64,000 nt of DNA. It comes from an uncultured Pseudomonadota bacterium (GTDB lineage Bacteria > Pseudomonadota > Alphaproteobacteria > Acetobacterales > Acetobacteraceae). The position numbers and the translations under genes are program-made. Shown here one piece after another: positions 1 through 9,493 of this stretch (its first letter is position 1; each line of letters opens with the position of its first letter). The stretch spans positions 209,393-273,392 of the forward strand of contig CAVWNS010000003.1 in assembly GCA_963756495.1 (NCBI GenBank), read 5' to 3'. The notes beneath the pieces are model-generated. The model was not told the origin of the DNA. It made no database searches and was given only the letters and a program-made list of their open reading frames with translations.

Positions 1-245
1 CGGTTTCCAACGAGCACATCGCGGCTCTGGAGGCATTCGCCCGGCGCCACGGCGCCTTGGCCGCGAAGGTCTCCGGTGCCGGCGGCGGCGGCTTCATGAT
101 TTTCGTGGTGCCGACCGAGCGCCGCTATCGGCTGATCGCCGCGCTCAACGAGGCCGGCGGGCAGGCTTATCCCGTGAAGCTCACTGAGCGTGGCAGCGAG
201 TCCTGGACCGTGCCCGGACCGAGCGACGCGCAGCGCCATTCCTAG
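1..245 (+). CDS. GHMP-family sugar kinase, C-terminal fragment (gene starts upstream of the window)
   Basis: Frame 3 is open from the window edge to TAG at 243-245. The tail ...LAAKVSGAGGGGFMIFV... is the glycine-rich GHMP kinase motif III. Confidence 0.6.
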   Translation, partial: VSNEHIAALEAFARRHGALAAKVSGAGGGGFMIFVVPTERRYRLIAALNEAGGQAYPVKLTERGSESWTVPGPSDAQRHS

Positions 246-338
246 ACGCCACGGCGGACACGGAGCCCGACATCCGCACGGCAGTGCCGATGCGGCTCCC
301 TCCCCGAGCCATTTCCCGGAAAGCGGACCAGCACGATC

Positions 339-1541
339 GTGCGCAACCTGATGTTCATCAGCCATCGGCTTCCCTATCCCCTGACCAAGGGCGAGAAGAT
401 CCGCGGCTACAACCTGATCCGCCACTTGGCGAAGTCGTACAACGTCCATCTCGGCTGCATCATCGATGATCCGCAGGACTGGGAGTCCGTCGGTCATCTG
501 AAGACGTTATGTGCCGACGTTGCCGGGTTCGGCATCGACAAGCGGTGGCAAAAGCTGAAGGCGTTGGCGCAGATCCGGCCGGGCCGGCCGCTCATGCTGG
601 ACTACTATGCGCATCCCGGCCTGCGCCGCTGGGTGAACGCAACGCTCGCCCGCACGCGCATGGATGTCATCTATATCTACAGCACCGCCGTGGCGCCATA
701 TGCACTGCACCTGAATCGCCCCGGCAAGATCCTGGATATGCAGGACGTCAATTCGCAGAAATGGGCTCTCTACGCCCAGAAGGCCCGGTGGCCCATGCGC
801 GCGGTGTGGTCGCGCGAGGCGCGCACCCAACTCGCCTACGAGCGCCGCGCCGCGATGGACTGTGACGCGACCTTCCTTGTGACCCGGCAGGAAGCCGCGC
901 GCTTCGCCGAATTGGCGCCCGAGGCACGCGACAGGATCGACTGGGTGGAGAACGGTGTCGATCTCGCCGCCTTCTCACCGGCGCGGGCATGGCCGAACCC
1001 GTTCCCCGACGCCGGTCCGCACCTCGTGTTCACCGGGCACATGGACTATTGGCCCAACATCGATGCGGTGAGCTGGTTTGCCGCCGAGGTGATGCCGCGT
1101 CTGCGCGAGCGCACGCCGGCGCCGCGGTTCTGGATCGTCGGGGCCAAGCCGACCGACGAGGTCAGGCGCCTCGCCGCCTTGCCCGGCGTGCAGGTGACCG
1201 GGCGGGTACCAGAGGTGCAGCCGTACATCGCCCATGCCGCCCTCTCCGTATGCCCGTTGCGCATGGCGCGCGGCATCCAGAACAAGGTTTTGGAAGCGAT
1301 GGCGATGGGTCGTCCGGTGGTCTCCTCACCCGAGGCGTTCGACGGCGTGCGCGCCCAGGCGGGTAAGGATCTGCTGGTCGCCGACGGGGCAGAGGCGACG
1401 GTGCGCGCCATCGCCGATGTACTCGACGGGTGCCACCCCGAGCTTGGTGTGCGCGCGCGACAGGCGATGGAGCGGGGCTACGCGTGGTCAGCGACACTGG
1501 CGCGGCTGGACGGACATCTAGCACGGTGCCTGGGAGCATGA
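339..1541 (+). CDS. GT4 glycosyltransferase, PEP-CTERM/EpsH1-system-associated sugar transferase type
   Basis: 400-aa ORF. The N-terminus FISHRLPYPLTKGEKIRGYNLIRHL and the C-terminal KVLEAMAMGRPVVSS (GT4 E-x7-E region) resemble the TIGR03087-type family, recognised from memory. The start is GTG 339 or ATG 351. Confidence 0.7.
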   Translation: MRNLMFISHRLPYPLTKGEKIRGYNLIRHLAKSYNVHLGCIIDDPQDWESVGHLKTLCADVAGFGIDKRWQKLKALAQIRPGRPLMLDYYAHPGLRRWVNATLARTRMDVIYIYSTAVAPYALHLNRPGKILDMQDVNSQKWALYAQKARWPMRAVWSREARTQLAYERRAAMDCDATFLVTRQEAARFAELAPEARDRIDWVENGVDLAAFSPARAWPNPFPDAGPHLVFTGHMDYWPNIDAVSWFAAEVMPRLRERTPAPRFWIVGAKPTDEVRRLAALPGVQVTGRVPEVQPYIAHAALSVCPLRMARGIQNKVLEAMAMGRPVVSSPEAFDGVRAQAGKDLLVADGAEATVRAIADVLDGCHPELGVRARQAMERGYAWSATLARLDGHLARCLGA

Positions 1542-1579
1542 CGGCCGTCGGCTAGGCTGCCCGACCGTGAAGACTCGGA

Positions 1580-2140
1580 TCAGGTCCGCTTGGCCGCCGT
1601 CTTGCGCGTGGCACGCTTGCGCGGCGCTTCCTCGGGCTCGTCCTCGTCCTCCGCGCTCTCCATGGCGGCAGGGAGCACGCTGCTCCGCGTCACCTCGGTC
1701 AGCTTCTCGTCCTGCGCCTTTTCCTCGGCAAGGATCTGGGCAAGCACATCCGCGATCTTTTTCTCGTCGAGCGCGTTGGCGAGTTCGGCCATCGTGCCAT
1801 AGGCGGCAATCTCGTAGTGCTCGATGCGTTGCAGGGCCGCGACGATCACCAGGTCCAGAATCGGACCCTTGTCGTATTCGGACTGCTCGTGCTGCGCCTC
1901 CTCGACAAGTCCGCGCATCGCCTCGCACAACTTGCGGCCAGGCTTGGATTCGAGGCTCTCCAGCGCCTGCTCGACCCGCTCGCGCTGTGTCTCGCTCTGA
2001 TCAATATGGGCCTCGATCCCCTCGCGCAGTTTGGGATCGGACGCCTTCCTCAGCGTCCGCTTCATGCCCTGGATCGCCTGCTTCTCCGCGCTGAAGGCAT
2101 CCTTCAACTGGCCAGTCAGCATCTGATAAATCTGGTCCAT
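1580..2140 (-). CDS. Ferritin-like DUF892 (YciE/YciF family) stress protein
   Basis: ATG at 2140 is preceded by AGGAG. The sequence MDQIYQMLTGQLKDAFSAEKQAIQGM...ALQRIEHYEIAAYGT is typical of DUF892, with an acidic/lysine-rich tail. The annotated 260-aa ORF is an upstream over-extension. Confidence 0.8.
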   Translation of the reverse strand: MDQIYQMLTGQLKDAFSAEKQAIQGMKRTLRKASDPKLREGIEAHIDQSETQRERVEQALESLESKPGRKLCEAMRGLVEEAQHEQSEYDKGPILDLVIVAALQRIEHYEIAAYGTMAELANALDEKKIADVLAQILAEEKAQDEKLTEVTRSSVLPAAMESAEDEDEPEEAPRKRATRKTAAKRT

Positions 2141-2188
2141 GCGGTCTCCTTTGGTCCCTGGGAGAGACAATCCCGCCCAATCCGACGC

Positions 2189-2213
2189 GGAACGCAGCCC
2201 GTATCCGGACGTT
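2189..2213 (+). promoter_or_regulatory. EcfG-type (general stress response sigma factor) promoter, GGAAC-N16-CGTT
   Basis: GGAAC at 2189-2193, a 16-nt spacer, then CGTT at 2210-2213. It sits about 55 nt upstream of the DUF4142 gene start at 2267. Confidence 0.6.
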
Positions 2214-2266
2214 GACCATCCACGTAATTGTTGACGGCCCGCATCGCACGACCAGGGTCTCAAGAT

Positions 2267-3580
2267 ATGTTCATCGTCTTGGCGGTCCTGAATATCCACG
2301 GGCCGTCCGCATATGCGGGTGCCCCAAACGAGGTGACGCCGATGCCCAGCCAGGTTCCGCAAACCACGAGTGTCGTGGCCTCGAATTCCCTACCGTCCGG
2401 CGTCAGCAGCCAAGACGTTTCATATCTACAAGGATCGTTCCTCGCCAACCTGAGCGAGATCAACGAGGCACCGATCGTCGAGGCGAAATCGACCGACCCG
2501 GCGGCGAAGGAATTCGCGCTGTGGATGATCACCGATCACACTCCACTTACGCCCGGCGTCGTCGCGATGGCCAACCAGCTCGGGGTGGCGCTGCCGACGA
2601 GCTTCTCGCCGGCCCAGCAAGCCGAGCTTGCGACGCTCGCGCAGCAATCGGGGGCGCAGCTCAACCAGACCTATGCCGTGGACGAGGTAGCGGATCACCA
2701 GCAATCGGTGGTCACGCAGGCGCAGGAGGTCCAGACCGGGTCGAACCCCGCCCTGGTGGCGATGGCCCAGCAACTGCTGCCGGTCCTGGAGCGGCATCTG
2801 AACGGCGCCGTGACCCTGTCGGCATCCGAGGGGGTCGGATCACCCGGAAGCCGGTTTCCGCTCACGCCCACCGCGCCGCAACCCCCGGGCGCGCCGCTCG
2901 GCACCCCCAGCGCGCAGGATGTCGCTTTCGTGCAGGCGGCGAGCCAAGCGAACATGGAGGAGATTGCGCAGGGTCAGCTCGCGCAGCAACAGAGCGGCAG
3001 CCCGACGGCAGCGATATTCGGGCAATGGATGATGGGCGACCACAGCGCGGCGAGCGCGACGCTTCAGACCTTGGCGGCGCAGGAAAGCGTCTCCGTGCCC
3101 ACCACCCTGGACACTGCCCATGCGGCCGAGCTGGCGACCTTGCAGCCGTTGCAGGACGGAGCGTTTTCCCAAACCTATGCGACGGCCGCGGTCGGCGACC
3201 ATGCCCAGTCGCTGATGACGTTCCTCCACGAGGCCGAGTCCGGTTCGGACCCCGCACTGGTGAGCTTCGCACAGGAGACATTGCCGACCCTGGTGCAGCA
3301 CCTTCAGGGAGCGCTGATGCTTGCGCAGACCGAGCCGGGCGGCGCGAGCGCGAACGCGACGCTCAGTACTATGCTGGTCAATGTGGTCCAGGGCTTCCAG
3401 GGCTACGGCAACCAAGCGCTCCTGCAAGACGTGACGCAGGTCGCCGATCTGCAGCCCGGCGTCTCCGCGCTGCTCGCGCAGCAGGGCAGTTCCACCCCGC
3501 CGCAAGGCGCGTCGGGAGCCGGTGCGTATCTGACGACAAGTCCCTCCTCGACGGCAATGCCCATGCTCACGCAGCAATAG
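2267..3580 (+). CDS. Secreted protein with two tandem DUF4142 domains
   Basis: Two repeats of the DUF4142 pattern (..F.....EI......DH......L...LP.......L..L.....F...Y....V..H.........LP.L..HL). There is a short signal-like N-terminus, MFIVLAVLNIHGPSAYA. The alternative TTG start is at 2228. Confidence 0.75.
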   Translation: MFIVLAVLNIHGPSAYAGAPNEVTPMPSQVPQTTSVVASNSLPSGVSSQDVSYLQGSFLANLSEINEAPIVEAKSTDPAAKEFALWMITDHTPLTPGVVAMANQLGVALPTSFSPAQQAELATLAQQSGAQLNQTYAVDEVADHQQSVVTQAQEVQTGSNPALVAMAQQLLPVLERHLNGAVTLSASEGVGSPGSRFPLTPTAPQPPGAPLGTPSAQDVAFVQAASQANMEEIAQGQLAQQQSGSPTAAIFGQWMMGDHSAASATLQTLAAQESVSVPTTLDTAHAAELATLQPLQDGAFSQTYATAAVGDHAQSLMTFLHEAESGSDPALVSFAQETLPTLVQHLQGALMLAQTEPGGASANATLSTMLVNVVQGFQGYGNQALLQDVTQVADLQPGVSALLAQQGSSTPPQGASGAGAYLTTSPSSTAMPMLTQQ

Positions 3581-3647
3581 GTTCGATCCGTACTGCTCCG
3601 GCCGGCGACCGCTGCGAGGTGATTGCCGGCGCGTTATTGCCGTCCGG

Positions 3648-4934
3648 CTAGGTCATATTGCGCCCGCCATAGCGGCGCACCCGGAGGTCCGCCTGCTCCT
3701 TGTGGCCGGCGAAATTCTCGATGGCGCAAAGGCGCGAGCAGTACTCGCCGATCATCGCCGTCGCCTCCGGACTGACCTCCTGGTAAGTCACCGTCTTGAG
3801 GAACTTGCCGACCCACAGCCCGCCGGTGTAGCGCGCGGCGCGCTTGGTCGGCAGGGTATGATTGGTTCCGATCACCTTGTCGCCGTAGGCGACGTTGGTC
3901 TCCTTGCCGAGGAACAGCGCGCCGTAGTTCCTCATCCGATCGAGGAACCAACGGGGATTTCGCGTCAGCACCTGCACATGCTCCGAGGCGATGCGGTCGG
4001 CTTCGGAGAGCATCTCCTCATCGGTATCGCAGAGGATCACCTGGCCGTGGTCGCGCCAGGCGACGGCCGCGATGTCAGCGGTCGGCAGGACGGCGAGCTG
4101 GCGGGCGATCTCCGCCTCGATGCCGCCGGCGATGCGGCTGGAGGTGGTGAGCAGGATCGCGGGCGAGGTCGGGCCGTGCTCGGCCTGGCCCAGCAGGTCG
4201 GTGGCACACATCTCCACGTCCGCGGTGTCGTCGGCGATGATCAGCGTTTCGGTCGGGCCGGCCAGCAGATCGATTCCCACCCGGCCGAACAGCTGGCGCT
4301 TGGCCTCCGCGACATAGGCATTGCCGGGGCCGACCAGCATGTCCACCGGGGCGATCGAGGCCGTGCCGAGTCCCATCGCCGCGATCGCCTGGATGCCGCC
4401 GAGGATGAGGATCTCGTCAGCCCCGCCGAGCGCCATCGCCGCGACCGTGGCGGCGGGCGGCACGCCATTCAGTGGCGGCGTGCAGGCCGTAACGCGGGCG
4501 ACGCCGGCGACCTTGGCGGTCAGCACGCTCATATGCGCCGAGGCCACCATCGGATAGCGCCCGCCGGGCACGTAGCAGCCGACGCTGCCCACGGGGATGT
4601 TCTTGTGACCCAGCCGCACGCCGGGCAGCGTCTCCACCTCGATGTCGCGTAGGGCGGCGCGCTGCGCCTCGGCGAAGCGGCGCACCTGCGCCTGGGCGAA
4701 ACGGATGTCCTCGATCACCTGCGGCGGCAGCGAGGCGATCAGCGCGTCGATCTGCGGCCGCGACAGACGGAAGCTGTCGGGCTCCCATTTATCGAAACGC
4801 GCCGACAAGTCGCGGACCGCCGCATCCCCGCGCGCGGCGACGTCGGCGAGGATCGATTCGACCGTCGCGCGCACCTTGCGGTCGGTCTCGGCGGCTTCGG
4901 TTTCCGAAGCGCCCGGCTTGAGAATTCGGATCAT
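3648..4934 (-). CDS. Histidinol dehydrogenase family protein (HisD paralogue class, substrate unknown)
   Basis: 428 aa from ATG 4934. Contains [42 protein letters not shown] and [15 protein letters not shown], which are HisD-family blocks in the non-canonical paralogue variant. The frame stays open upstream into a DUF4214 remnant. Confidence 0.8.
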   Translation of the reverse strand: MIRILKPGASETEAAETDRKVRATVESILADVAARGDAAVRDLSARFDKWEPDSFRLSRPQIDALIASLPPQVIEDIRFAQAQVRRFAEAQRAALRDIEVETLPGVRLGHKNIPVGSVGCYVPGGRYPMVASAHMSVLTAKVAGVARVTACTPPLNGVPPAATVAAMALGGADEILILGGIQAIAAMGLGTASIAPVDMLVGPGNAYVAEAKRQLFGRVGIDLLAGPTETLIIADDTADVEMCATDLLGQAEHGPTSPAILLTTSSRIAGGIEAEIARQLAVLPTADIAAVAWRDHGQVILCDTDEEMLSEADRIASEHVQVLTRNPRWFLDRMRNYGALFLGKETNVAYGDKVIGTNHTLPTKRAARYTGGLWVGKFLKTVTYQEVSPEATAMIGEYCSRLCAIENFAGHKEQADLRVRRYGGRNMT

Positions 4935-6034
4935 CGCGCTTCCCCTTCGGGCTGGATCGAACAGCACTGCGATGATGGCGACGGGCGACGTGCCCTCCGC
5001 GCTGGCGCTCGTGGTGCATCGTTGCGTGGCTGCCGTCCAGTTGGCGACGAATATCGGCGCGATGCCGACACCCGGCAAGCTCACCCTGAGGTCACGATGC
5101 CCGCTGAACTCGATCACGGGTGTCAACATCGCCTGATGCTCCGCGCTCTCACTGAAGCCAATCAGAACGCCTGCCCGAGTCATCGCCCCCGCGTTCAAGT
5201 CGCTGAGCCAGGCATTGTACCCGGCCGGATCGGGCGAGCGGCCGAGGACATTCTTGTACAGCATGGTTATGAAGTCGCCATTCGAGAGACTCCCGTATTT
5301 GGCCTGGAACTCGGCACTCGCCATGAAGCCGTTGGCCTCGTCATTCAGGCTTTTCCCGCCGTACTCGAGCGCATCCGTCCAGTTGATCAGGCCCGCCGCG
5401 TCCGGCGCCCGTCCCAAAGCACTGTAGTAGAGGCGCGCAACTTCCGCTGCCTGCTCGTTGGGCACCCAGATGCCGGCGGCTACAGCGGCGGCTGTGTTGG
5501 CTTGGTTCTCCGCGCTCTCTGAAAACCCCAGCAGGACCTGAGCCTGGCTCTGGCCAGAGTTGAGGGCGGCGATCCAGGCACTTTGCCCTGCGGGATCCGG
5601 GGCGCGATGCAGAACATTCTAATAAAGTTGAGTTACGAAACTGGTGGTGTCAGTGGCCGCCCCGGGAAAGCGGGACTGAAACTCGGCGCTGGCGAGGAAA
5701 TCCTGGGCAATCGTGACAAGAGGCGTGCCGTTGTTCAATGCCGCAACCCAGTCCGAAAGCCCGACGGGATCGGGGCTCGCCCCAAGGCGCTCTGATAAAG
5801 TCGAAAAATCTGCGCCGCCGGCGTGGCCGGGTCCGTGGAGAGACTCCCGTCGATGAAGCTCATGATCTCGATGGAGACCAAAGTGTCGGTGAAACCCGGG
5901 CCCGATACGATTCCGCTTACGGCGTGATCTGTCTGACGCAGCAGGGCGGGAATGACGGCCGTGTCGATCCCGGGGCCACCGTTGAGAATGTTGTATCCGA
6001 GACCATCATTTCCACTATGGTCAACATGAAAATG
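4935..6034 (-). pseudogene. Decayed DUF4214-repeat / RTX-like secreted protein gene
   Basis: Three DUF4214 units are present (..LYQSALGRAP.., ..[13 protein letters not shown].., ..[14 protein letters not shown]../..[14 protein letters not shown]..), preceded by GNDGLGYNILNGGPGID (RTX-like). There is no start codon. A 1-nt frameshift lies in the G4 run at 5772-5775 and an in-frame TAG at 5619-5621. Confidence 0.65.
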
Positions 6035-6096
6035 TCTTGCGGCGCATCGGCCCGACCCCGGAGAGGGACGTTCGAGTCTTTGGTCGAGGAGGTGCC

Positions 6097-6861
6097 CTAT
6101 TCCGCCGTCCAGCCGCCATCCACCACCAGCGAGGCGCCGGTCACCAGCGCCGCCGCGTCGGAGGCGAGGTAGACCACGGCGCCCATCAGGTCCTCGACCG
6201 TGCCGAGCCGGCCGAGCTTGATGCGGGACAGCACCTCGGCATGAAATGCCTTGTCGGTCCAGAACGGGCGGGTCAGCGGCGTGTCGATGAAGGTCGGGCC
6301 GATCGTGTTCACGCGAATGCCGTGCGGGGCAAGGTCGATCGCCATCGCCTTGGTCAGCCCCTCCAGCGCGTGCTTCGAGGCGCAATAGACCGTGCGCCGC
6401 TGCCCGCCCACATGCCCCATCTGGGAGGAGATGTGGATGATCGAACCGCGCACCGCCTGATCGGCCATGCCGCGTGCCACCGCCTGGGCGACGAAGAAGG
6501 CCGCGCGCACGTTCAGGCCCATGATCGTGTCGTAGTCTGCCGCGCTCACCTCCAGGAACCGGCGCGGACGGTTCGTCCCGGCATTGTTGACCAGGATGTG
6601 GAACGCCGGCCGGCCTTCCAGCGCGGCGGCCACCGCGTCGAGGTCGGTCACATCGAGCGCGAGCGCCTCGGCGCTGCCTCCCTCGGCGCGGATCTCGGCC
6701 GCCGCCGCCTCGATCTCGGTGCCGGTGCGCGCGACGAGCACGACATGCGCGCCGGCCCCGGCGAGTGCCGCGGCACAGGCGAGGCCGATGCCGCGGCCCG
6801 CTCCCGTGACCAGCGCACGCCGTCCGTCAAGCCGAAAAGAAGGTGTCCGCGGCAGGCTCAC
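6097..6861 (-). CDS. SDR family oxidoreductase
   Basis: 254 aa with TGAGRGIG, NNAG and the Y-x3-K motif (YCASKHA). Confidence 0.9.
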   Translation of the reverse strand: MSLPRTPSFRLDGRRALVTGAGRGIGLACAAALAGAGAHVVLVARTGTEIEAAAAEIRAEGGSAEALALDVTDLDAVAAALEGRPAFHILVNNAGTNRPRRFLEVSAADYDTIMGLNVRAAFFVAQAVARGMADQAVRGSIIHISSQMGHVGGQRRTVYCASKHALEGLTKAMAIDLAPHGIRVNTIGPTFIDTPLTRPFWTDKAFHAEVLSRIKLGRLGTVEDLMGAVVYLASDAAALVTGASLVVDGGWTAE

Positions 6862-6985
6862 GTAACGCTCCAGGGGCAGCCGTCAAAGACGCTATCCCCG
6901 CGGATGGCTTCGCCGCTAGACCAGCCCATGCGCGATCAGGCCGTGGGCCGTGGGCCTTTGGCCTCGGGATCGAGCAGGAGCAACG

Positions 6986-7390
6986 TCACCGCGCGCTTTC
7001 GCCTTCAAGCGTCCGCTTTATAGCGGCCGCCCCCTGCTCGACCATCGTGCCGACCTGCGGCGCGACGCCGTCGGGCAGCAGGTCGGTGATCCAGACAAGC
7101 CGGCTACGGCCCTCGCCTTCGGCGAAGACCTGCATGGATGCGTTATGATGGGAGGACCGACCGCCGACGGCGGCGTACGCGAACCGACGTGCCTCGTCGT
7201 CGATAGCGACGATCAGCTCGCGCACAACCGCGCCATTGGCGAAGGTCACAACGCGGGCGCCCCCGACGAGGACGGTGTCGGTCACGAACTCTCGTGCGAG
7301 GCGCTCATGCACCGCGCCGACATCGCGTATCGCCGCCCAGACGTCCTCCGGGCGGCTCTCGATCAGGATTTCCTTGCGGATGGACGCCAT
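6986..7390 (-). CDS. SRPBCC (polyketide cyclase/START-like) family protein
   Basis: 134 aa from ATG 7390. MASIRKEILIESRPEDVWAAIRD... is a typical SRPBCC N-terminus. Confidence 0.7.
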   Translation of the reverse strand: MASIRKEILIESRPEDVWAAIRDVGAVHERLAREFVTDTVLVGGARVVTFANGAVVRELIVAIDDEARRFAYAAVGGRSSHHNASMQVFAEGEGRSRLVWITDLLPDGVAPQVGTMVEQGAAAIKRTLEGESAR

Positions 7391-7400
7391 CGGTCTCGCC

Positions 7401-7778
7401 TTATGCCGATTGACCGCAATGCGCCTCGACCCTGTACCCGTCGGGGTCGATGATGAAGGCCGCGTAGTAAGCGGGATCGTACTCGGGGCGCAGGCCCGGC
7501 TTGCCGTTGTCGCGCCCGCCCGCGCCAAGCGCCGCGGCGTGGAACGCGTCGACGCTCTGACGCGTCGGCGCCGCGAAGCAGAAGTGCAGCCCGGACCTGG
7601 TGTCCGCCGGCACGGGATGCGTGCTCACGCTGATCCAGAACGCGACTCCACGGCGTCCATAGCCGAGCGAAGTCTCGTCGTGGCTGAGGCACCCGTAGCC
7701 GAGCGGGTTCAATGCGGCGTCGTAGAAACGACGGGCGGCGGCGATGTCGCGGACCCCGATGGAGACGTGGTCGAGCAT
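7401..7778 (-). CDS. VOC (glyoxalase/bleomycin resistance) family protein
   Basis: 125 aa from ATG 7778, preceded by AGGAGGA. Contains MLDHVSIGVRDIAAARRFYDAAL... and ...DPDGYRVEA. Confidence 0.85.
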   Translation of the reverse strand: MLDHVSIGVRDIAAARRFYDAALNPLGYGCLSHDETSLGYGRRGVAFWISVSTHPVPADTRSGLHFCFAAPTRQSVDAFHAAALGAGGRDNGKPGLRPEYDPAYYAAFIIDPDGYRVEAHCGQSA

Positions 7779-7807
7779 GCTCCGATCCTCCTGCTGGCCG
7801 GCAGCCG

Positions 7808-7829
7808 TATAACTGCCATGACGGTTATA
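7808..7829. promoter_or_regulatory. AT-rich imperfect palindrome (8-6-8), candidate operator in a divergent promoter region
   Basis: TATAACTG-CCATGA-CGGTTATA, with 7/8 arm complementarity. It lies between the VOC gene (start 7778, minus strand) and the CGNR regulator gene (start 7886, plus strand). Confidence 0.3.
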
Positions 7830-7885
7830 GTGAAGCGCGGGCAACGATGGTTGTCAACCGGCATGCCGGTTAGTAGATAGCCAGG

Positions 7886-8530
7886 ATGGCCGCGCTCCCC
7901 TCCAAAACCGCCGGATTCATCGCGGCGCCTCGCGAGGATGTGTGCCTGGACTTCGTGAACACCCGGTCCTGGCGTGGCCGCGAGACCCCAAGCGAGGAAC
8001 TGCATGGCCTGGGTGACGTGCTCGCCTGGGCGCGCGACGGCGGCGGCGTGGATGTGGCCATCGTCGAATCGTTCCAGGCCTGGTGGCAGGCGCGGCCGTC
8101 CGAGGCATCCGCTTCATTCACGTCGGCGATTGCGCTGCGGGAGACGCTGTTTCGCCTCTTCGGAGCCGCGTCCTCGGGTGGGGCGCCGGGCCCGGCCGAT
8201 CTCGACACCCTCAATGCCGCGTTAGGTTCGGCCGCGCCCCGATCGCGCATGGCGCCGCGCGCGGACGCGCTCGTGTGGTCGGTGGACGGGCTTGTCCCAA
8301 GGATGGCGGCGCTGCTGTCCCCGGTGTTATGGTCAGCTTCGGATCTGCTCGCGGGAACGCGGCGCCATCGGGTGCGGCTATGCGCGAACCCCCGGTGTCG
8401 GTGGGTGTTTCTCGACGACAGCAAGAGCGGCAATCGTCGCTGGTGCTCGATGGCTTCGTGCGGCAACCGTGCAAAGGCGCATCGGCACTATCTGAAGCGG
8501 AAGGCGACGCATGCAGAGGAGGCTGAATGA
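7886..8530 (+). CDS. CGNR zinc-finger (ABATE) domain protein, putative regulator
   Basis: The C-terminus reads CANPRCRWVFLDDSKSGNRRWCSMASCGNRAKAHRHY. The stop overlaps the next start (ATGA at 8527-8530). Confidence 0.85.
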   Translation: MAALPSKTAGFIAAPREDVCLDFVNTRSWRGRETPSEELHGLGDVLAWARDGGGVDVAIVESFQAWWQARPSEASASFTSAIALRETLFRLFGAASSGGAPGPADLDTLNAALGSAAPRSRMAPRADALVWSVDGLVPRMAALLSPVLWSASDLLAGTRRHRVRLCANPRCRWVFLDDSKSGNRRWCSMASCGNRAKAHRHYLKRKATHAEEAE

Positions 8531-9381
8531 GCCGGCTGAACGGTAAGGTTGCGGTTGTCACGGGCGGCTGCTCGGGCATCGGGCTGGCAACGGTGGAGCG
8601 GTTCGCGCAGGAGGGCGCGCGCGTGCTGGTGGCCGACGTGCAGCAGGACGCGGGCGAGGCGATCGCGCGCCGTCTGGGCGATGCTGTGCGCTTCCGCCGC
8701 TGCGACGTGACGCAGGAATCCGACATCGCGGCAACGATGGGAGCGGCGGCCGAGGCCTGGGGTGGGCTGGACATCGTGTTCAACAACGCCGGCGCCGGCG
8801 GGGCGCGCGCGCCGATCGACGAGATCACCGGCGAGGAATGGGACGCCACGCAGGCGCTGCTGCTGCGCTCGGTCGCGCTCGGCATCCGCCACGCGGCGAC
8901 GCACATGAAACGGCGCGGCGGCGGGGCGATCGTCAACACCGCTTCCATTGCCGGCCTGCAAGCCGGATTCTCGCCGATCGCCTACGCGGTCGCCAAGTCG
9001 GGCGTGATCCATCTGACCAAGGTGGCGGCGGCCGAGTTGGCCCGATATCGCATTCGCGTCAACGCGATCTGCCCCGGCTACATCCTGACCAATATCTTCA
9101 CGGCCAGCACGGGGATGACCGGCAACGTGGCGGGTCAGGTCAACGAGGCGCTGGCCCGCATGGCGCCGGGCGTGCAGCCGGTGAACGAGGCCGGCTCGCC
9201 GCGACACATCGCCGATGCCTGCCTGTTCCTCGCCAGCGACGAGGCGGCGTTCGTGACCGGCACGCATCTGCTCGTCGATGGCGGCCTGACCATCGGCCCG
9301 CGCCATGCCTGGGACCCGGAGATGCCCTCGCCCATCAGGCAGATCATCACCGAGGCGGCGCGCGGCGGCCAGACAAATTGA
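8527..9381 (+). CDS. SDR family oxidoreductase
   Basis: 284 aa with TGGCSGIG, NNAG and YAVAKSG. Confidence 0.9.
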   Translation: MSRLNGKVAVVTGGCSGIGLATVERFAQEGARVLVADVQQDAGEAIARRLGDAVRFRRCDVTQESDIAATMGAAAEAWGGLDIVFNNAGAGGARAPIDEITGEEWDATQALLLRSVALGIRHAATHMKRRGGGAIVNTASIAGLQAGFSPIAYAVAKSGVIHLTKVAAAELARYRIRVNAICPGYILTNIFTASTGMTGNVAGQVNEALARMAPGVQPVNEAGSPRHIADACLFLASDEAAFVTGTHLLVDGGLTIGPRHAWDPEMPSPIRQIITEAARGGQTN

Positions 9382-9395
9382 AAAAGGGATACATC

Positions 9396-9488
9396 GTGAA
9401 GTTCGGAATCTTCTACGAGCACCAGTTGCCGCGCTCCTGGGCCGAGGCCGACGAGCTGGGGTTGACCGGCCGCACGGTGGCGGAGTGA
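9396..9488 (+). pseudogene. 30-codon stub of an LLM-class (luciferase-like) flavin monooxygenase
   Basis: The GTG-start ORF VKFGIFYEHQLPRSWAEADELGLTGRTVAE* reproduces the conserved LLM N-terminus (M/V)KFGIFYEHQLPR and then stops. Confidence 0.5.
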
Positions 9489-9493
9489 CGGGC

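Noticed and set aside
3648-5465. A 605-aa DUF4214-HisD fusion protein
   Set aside because: The HisD-family part has its own ATG (4934) with an upstream purine-rich site and a normal 428-aa length. The upstream DUF4214 units belong to a gene that is truncated, frameshifted and interrupted by TAG further up, so the long ORF is incidental.
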